Program-made: the position numbers and the translations under genes
Shown here: positions 60,082 to 64,000 of the stretch, one piece after another
Layout of the letters: each line of letters starts with the position of its first letter
Position numbering within the stretch: the first letter of the stretch is position 1
NCBI GenBank assembly: GCA_030141605.1
Contig: JAQGDQ010000667.1
Location: forward strand, 52,072 to 116,071
Direction: 5' to 3'
DNA: 64,000 nucleotides
DNA from: Tubiluchus corallicola
Taxonomy: Eukaryota > Animalia > Priapulida
Notes under the pieces: model-generated
What the model saw: only the letters and a program-made list of their open reading frames with translations
Told to the model about the DNA's origin: nothing
Database searches by the model: none

Positions 60082-62556
60082 TGGATGAACTTATTTTCAC
60101 AATGGATGAACTTATTTTAACAATGGATGAATTTTCACAATGGATGAACTTATTTTCACAATGGATGAACTTATTTTCACAATGGATGAACTTATTTTAA
60201 CAATGGATGAATTTTCACAATGGATGAACTTATTTTTACAATGGATGAACTTATTTTCACAATGGATGAACTTATTTTCACAATGGATGAACTTATTTTC
60301 ACAATGGATGAACTTATTTTCACAATGGATGAACTTATTTTCACAATGGATGAACTTATTTTCACAATGGATGAACTTATTTTAACAATGGATGAATTTT
60401 CACAATGGATGAACTTATTTTTACAATGGATGAACTTATTTTCACAATGGATGAACTTATTTTCACAATGGATGAACTTATTTTCACAATGGATGAACTT
60501 ATTTTCACAATGGATGAACTTATTTTCACAATGGATGAACTTATTTACATGGATGAATTCACAATGGATGAACTTATTTTCACAATGGATGAACTTATTT
60601 TCACAATGGATGAACTTATTTTCACAATGGATGATTTTCACAATGGATGAACTTATTTTCAATGGATGAACTTATTTTCACAATGGATGAACTTATTTTC
60701 ACAATGGATGAACTTATTTTCACAATGGATGAACTTATTTTCACAATGGATGAACTTATTTTCACAATGGATGAACTTATTTTCACAATGGATGAACTTA
60801 TTTTCACAATGGATGAACTTATTTTCACAATGGATGAACTTATTTTCACAATGGATGAACTTATTTTCACAATGGATGAACTTATTTTCACAATGGATGA
60901 ACTTATTTTCACAATGGATGAACTTATTTTCACAATGGATGAACTTATTTTCACAATGGATGAACTTATTTTCACAATAGATGAACTTATTTTCACAATG
61001 GATGAACTTATTTTCACAATGGATGAACTTATTTTCACAATGGATGAACTTATTTTCACAATGGATGAACTTATTTTCACAATAGATGAACTTATTTTCA
61101 CAATGGATGAACTTATTTTTACAATGGATGAACTTATTTTCACAATGGATGAACTTATTTTCACAATGGATGAACTTTTATTTTCACAATGGATGAACTT
61201 ATTTTCTGGATGAACTTATTTTCACAATGGATGTTATTTTCACAATGGATGAACTTATTTTCACAATGGATGAACTTATTTCACAATGGATGAACTTATT
61301 TCACAATGGTGAACTTATTTTTCACAATGGATGAACTTATTTTCACAATGGATGAACTTATTTTCACAATGGATGAACTTATTTTCACAATGGATGAACT
61401 TATTTTGGATGAACTTATTTTCACAATGGATGAACTTATTTTCACAATGGATGAATTAGATGAACTTATTTTCACAATAGATGAACTTATTTTTACAATG
61501 GATGAACTTATTTTCACAATGGATGAACTTATTTTCACAATGGATGAACTTATTTTCACATGATGAACTTATTTTCACAATGGATGAACTTATTTTCACA
61601 ATAGATGAACTTATTTTCACAATGGATGAACTTATTTTCACAATGGATGAACTTATTTTCACAATGGATGAACTTATTTTCACAATGGATGAACTTATTT
61701 TCACAATGGATGAACTTATTTTCACAATGGATGAACTTATTTTCACAATGGATGAACTTATTTTCACAATGGATGAACTTATTTTCACAATGGATGAACT
61801 TATTTTCACAATGGATGAACTTATTTTCACAGTAGATGAACTTATTTTCACAATGGATGAACTTATTTTCACAATGGATGAACTTATTTTCACAATGGAT
61901 GAACTTATTTTCACAATAGATGAACTTATTTTCACAATAGATGAACTTATTTTTACAATGGATGAACTTATTTTCACAATGGATGAACGTATTTTCACAA
62001 TGGATGAACTTATTTTCACAATAGATGAACTTATTTTCACAATGGATGAACTTATTTTCACAATGGATGAACTTATTTTCACAATGGATGAACTTATTTT
62101 CACAATGGATGAACTTATTTTCACAATGGATGAACTTATTTTCACAATGGATGAACTTATTTTCACAATGGATGAACTTATTTTCACAATGGATGAACTT
62201 ATTTTCACAATGGATGAACTTATTTTCACAATGGATGAACTTATTTTCACAATGGATGAACTTATTTTCACAATAGATGAACTTATTTTCACAATGGATG
62301 AACTTATTTTCACAATGGATGAACTTATTTTCACAATGGATGAACTTATTTACACAATGGATGAACTTATTTTCACAGTAGATGAACTTATTTTCACAAT
62401 GGATGAACTTATTTTCACAATGGATGAACTTATTTTCACAATGGATGAACTTATTTTCACAATGGATGAACTTATTTTCACAATGGATGAACTTATTTTC
62501 ACAATGGATGAACTTATTTTCACAATGGATGAACTTATTTTCACAGTTTTCACAAT
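60082..62556. repeat. 21-bp minisatellite, >110 copies
   Basis: Unit ACAATGGATGAACTTATTTTC. Confidence 0.98.
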
Positions 62557-62954
62557 GCATGGACAAACGCAGCTTAAACTGGCCAATTAAGGGTTGCCAC
62601 TGTTGAATACGGTGCCCTAGGCATACAACAAGCCCTCACTTAACGACGCTAATGTGTTCCAGCAATATGCGACGTTTGGCTATTGTTAAATGAAGCCAAG
62701 ACTTACGTAGAAAATAACGTAAAAGAGTGGAGAAACGTTCCAGAGGCAAAATCAATGTTGCTTAAATCATATTAGTTAAAGGGTTTATGAGTTTTACTCT
62801 ACTGATTAATTTCTACACTACATCGTTAAGTGAAAAAAATGTGTCAAATGTTCAGCATGTCGCTAAATAGGGAGTCGTTAAGCAAGCAGTTACTACTGTA
62901 TGTGTCGTTTTTGTTTGGGCAAGACCCTTCCTCGAGCCCGTGTTCCAGCTGTAA

Positions 62955-63129
62955 GAATTTTTTCCTTTTTTCAGATGTTATGCCACCGTCACTATGCTGA
63001 AGGTTTCTACTCTTACCTGACTTATCTTGCCTTCCTTTTTTTCAGATGTCATGCCGCCGTCACTGTGCTGAAGGTTTCTACTCTTACCTGACTTATATTA
63101 CCTTCCCTTTTTCAGATGTTATGCCGCCG
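62955..63129 (+). repeat. 70-71-bp triplication spanning the exon 11 acceptor
   Basis: Three copies of Y-tract-TTCAG|ATGT(T/C)ATGCC(A/G)CCG, with exon-like starts at 62975, 63046 and 63116. Confidence 0.92.
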
Positions 63130-63349
63130 GATGAATGGCACTTTCCCGTGAACAATTCCGCCTATACAAACTATGTAGCTAGTTTCAGTCTAAAGCTTCC
63201 CAAGAAGATATTTCCGAAGAAAACCTTTCCCAAGAAATGGTCAGAAATCGCTGACCGGTTGCACATGCCCTTCGACAAAACACACCAGTATCATCCGGAA
63301 TTTGAGGGATACGACTTCAAGGATTATATATCCACGAAAGGAAAGCCTC
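63116..63349 (+). CDS. PGGHG: PGGHG-like exon 11 (gene continues past the window end)
   Basis: DVMPPDEWH..VNNSAYTN...YHPEFEGY, containing the GH65 general-acid PDE motif; donor C|GTAAGT. Confidence 0.93.
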
Positions 63350-63745
63350 GTAAGTTATCTTATTTAGTTAATTAGATTGTTTATTAGTCGTTTCTTAATT
63401 AATTGTTTCACTCTTTGTGTCTTTGCTTTTTTGTTCTGTCAAATCTGAATATAGCCCCTCGTAATGCCAGCCATGGTAAAGTACAATGAAGGGTTGCTCA
63501 AAAACAGCCATAACATTGTAAAAAGTATTAAGATAAACTTTCAAATTTCAAATTTACTGCTGTGCTCAACCATGAGCTGTCGAACGTGTATAGTTCATCA
63601 CAAACTAATACAACTGAGAGGTACAGCATCTGTTTTTCGGTCAATGTCTTTTCCAAAATGCAGGCGCTAAGCTACTGTCTAACTAGCGAATGGCGAAATG
63701 CATCTAACAGCAAAGAACTAGTGATGCGAACATGAAATTGTGGAA

Positions 63746-64000
63746 AAACAACTGGGCATTATATACGTTTATGTTTGTAGATAATATGGTGAAACAATGT
63801 AAACAACTGGTCATTATATACATTTATGTTTGTAGATAATGTGGTGAAACAGTGTAAACAACTGGTCATTATATACATTTATATTTGTAGATAATGTGGT
63901 GAAACAGTGTAAACAACTGGTCATTATATACATTTATATTTGTAGATAATGTGGTGAAACAGTGTAAACAACTGGTCATTATATACATTTATATTTGTAG
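63746..64000. repeat. 55-bp minisatellite (truncated by the window end)
   Basis: Unit AAACAACTGGTCATTATATACATTTATATTTGTAGATAATGTGGTGAAACAGTGT. Confidence 0.93.

Noticed and set aside
60140-62606. MDELIFT / KISSSIV / CENKFIH repeat ORFs
   Set aside because: 21-bp satellite inside PGGHG intron 10, with frequent frameshifting indels.

Overview
AT-rich, intron-containing animal (invertebrate-like) genomic DNA; the species cannot be determined from the sequence. Six protein-coding genes can be reconstructed by hand. (1) An 11-finger C2H2 zinc-finger gene (6496-8088, +). (2) A small 2xEGF, probably GPI-anchored protein (11073-11567, +). (3) A two-exon LRR/LRRCT protein with a Ser/Thr stalk (13905-16622, +). 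(4) A six-exon UCP/SLC25A30-like mitochondrial carrier (18050-26544, +). (5) An intronless CUB-like/EGF/WAP type-I membrane protein (32578-34248, -). (6) The first 11 coding exons of a GH65 PGGHG/ATHL1-like glucosidase (38091 to beyond the window end, +). Non-coding DNA is dense with MITEs (hAT-, piggyBac- and pogo/Tc1-type, several with exact TSDs), two solo LTRs, SINE and LINE remnants, and about 20 unrelated minisatellites. The most striking signal is that many minisatellites are amplifications of local functional sequence. Several sit on splice sites: 11 tandem copies of an acceptor plus exon start in the carrier gene, 3 copies before the catalytic exon of PGGHG, and others on pyrimidine tracts and a donor. 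Others are amplified pieces of a SINE Pol III A-box or of transposon interiors whose single-copy progenitors are visible elsewhere in the window. All gene models and family calls are manual and were not checked by database search.
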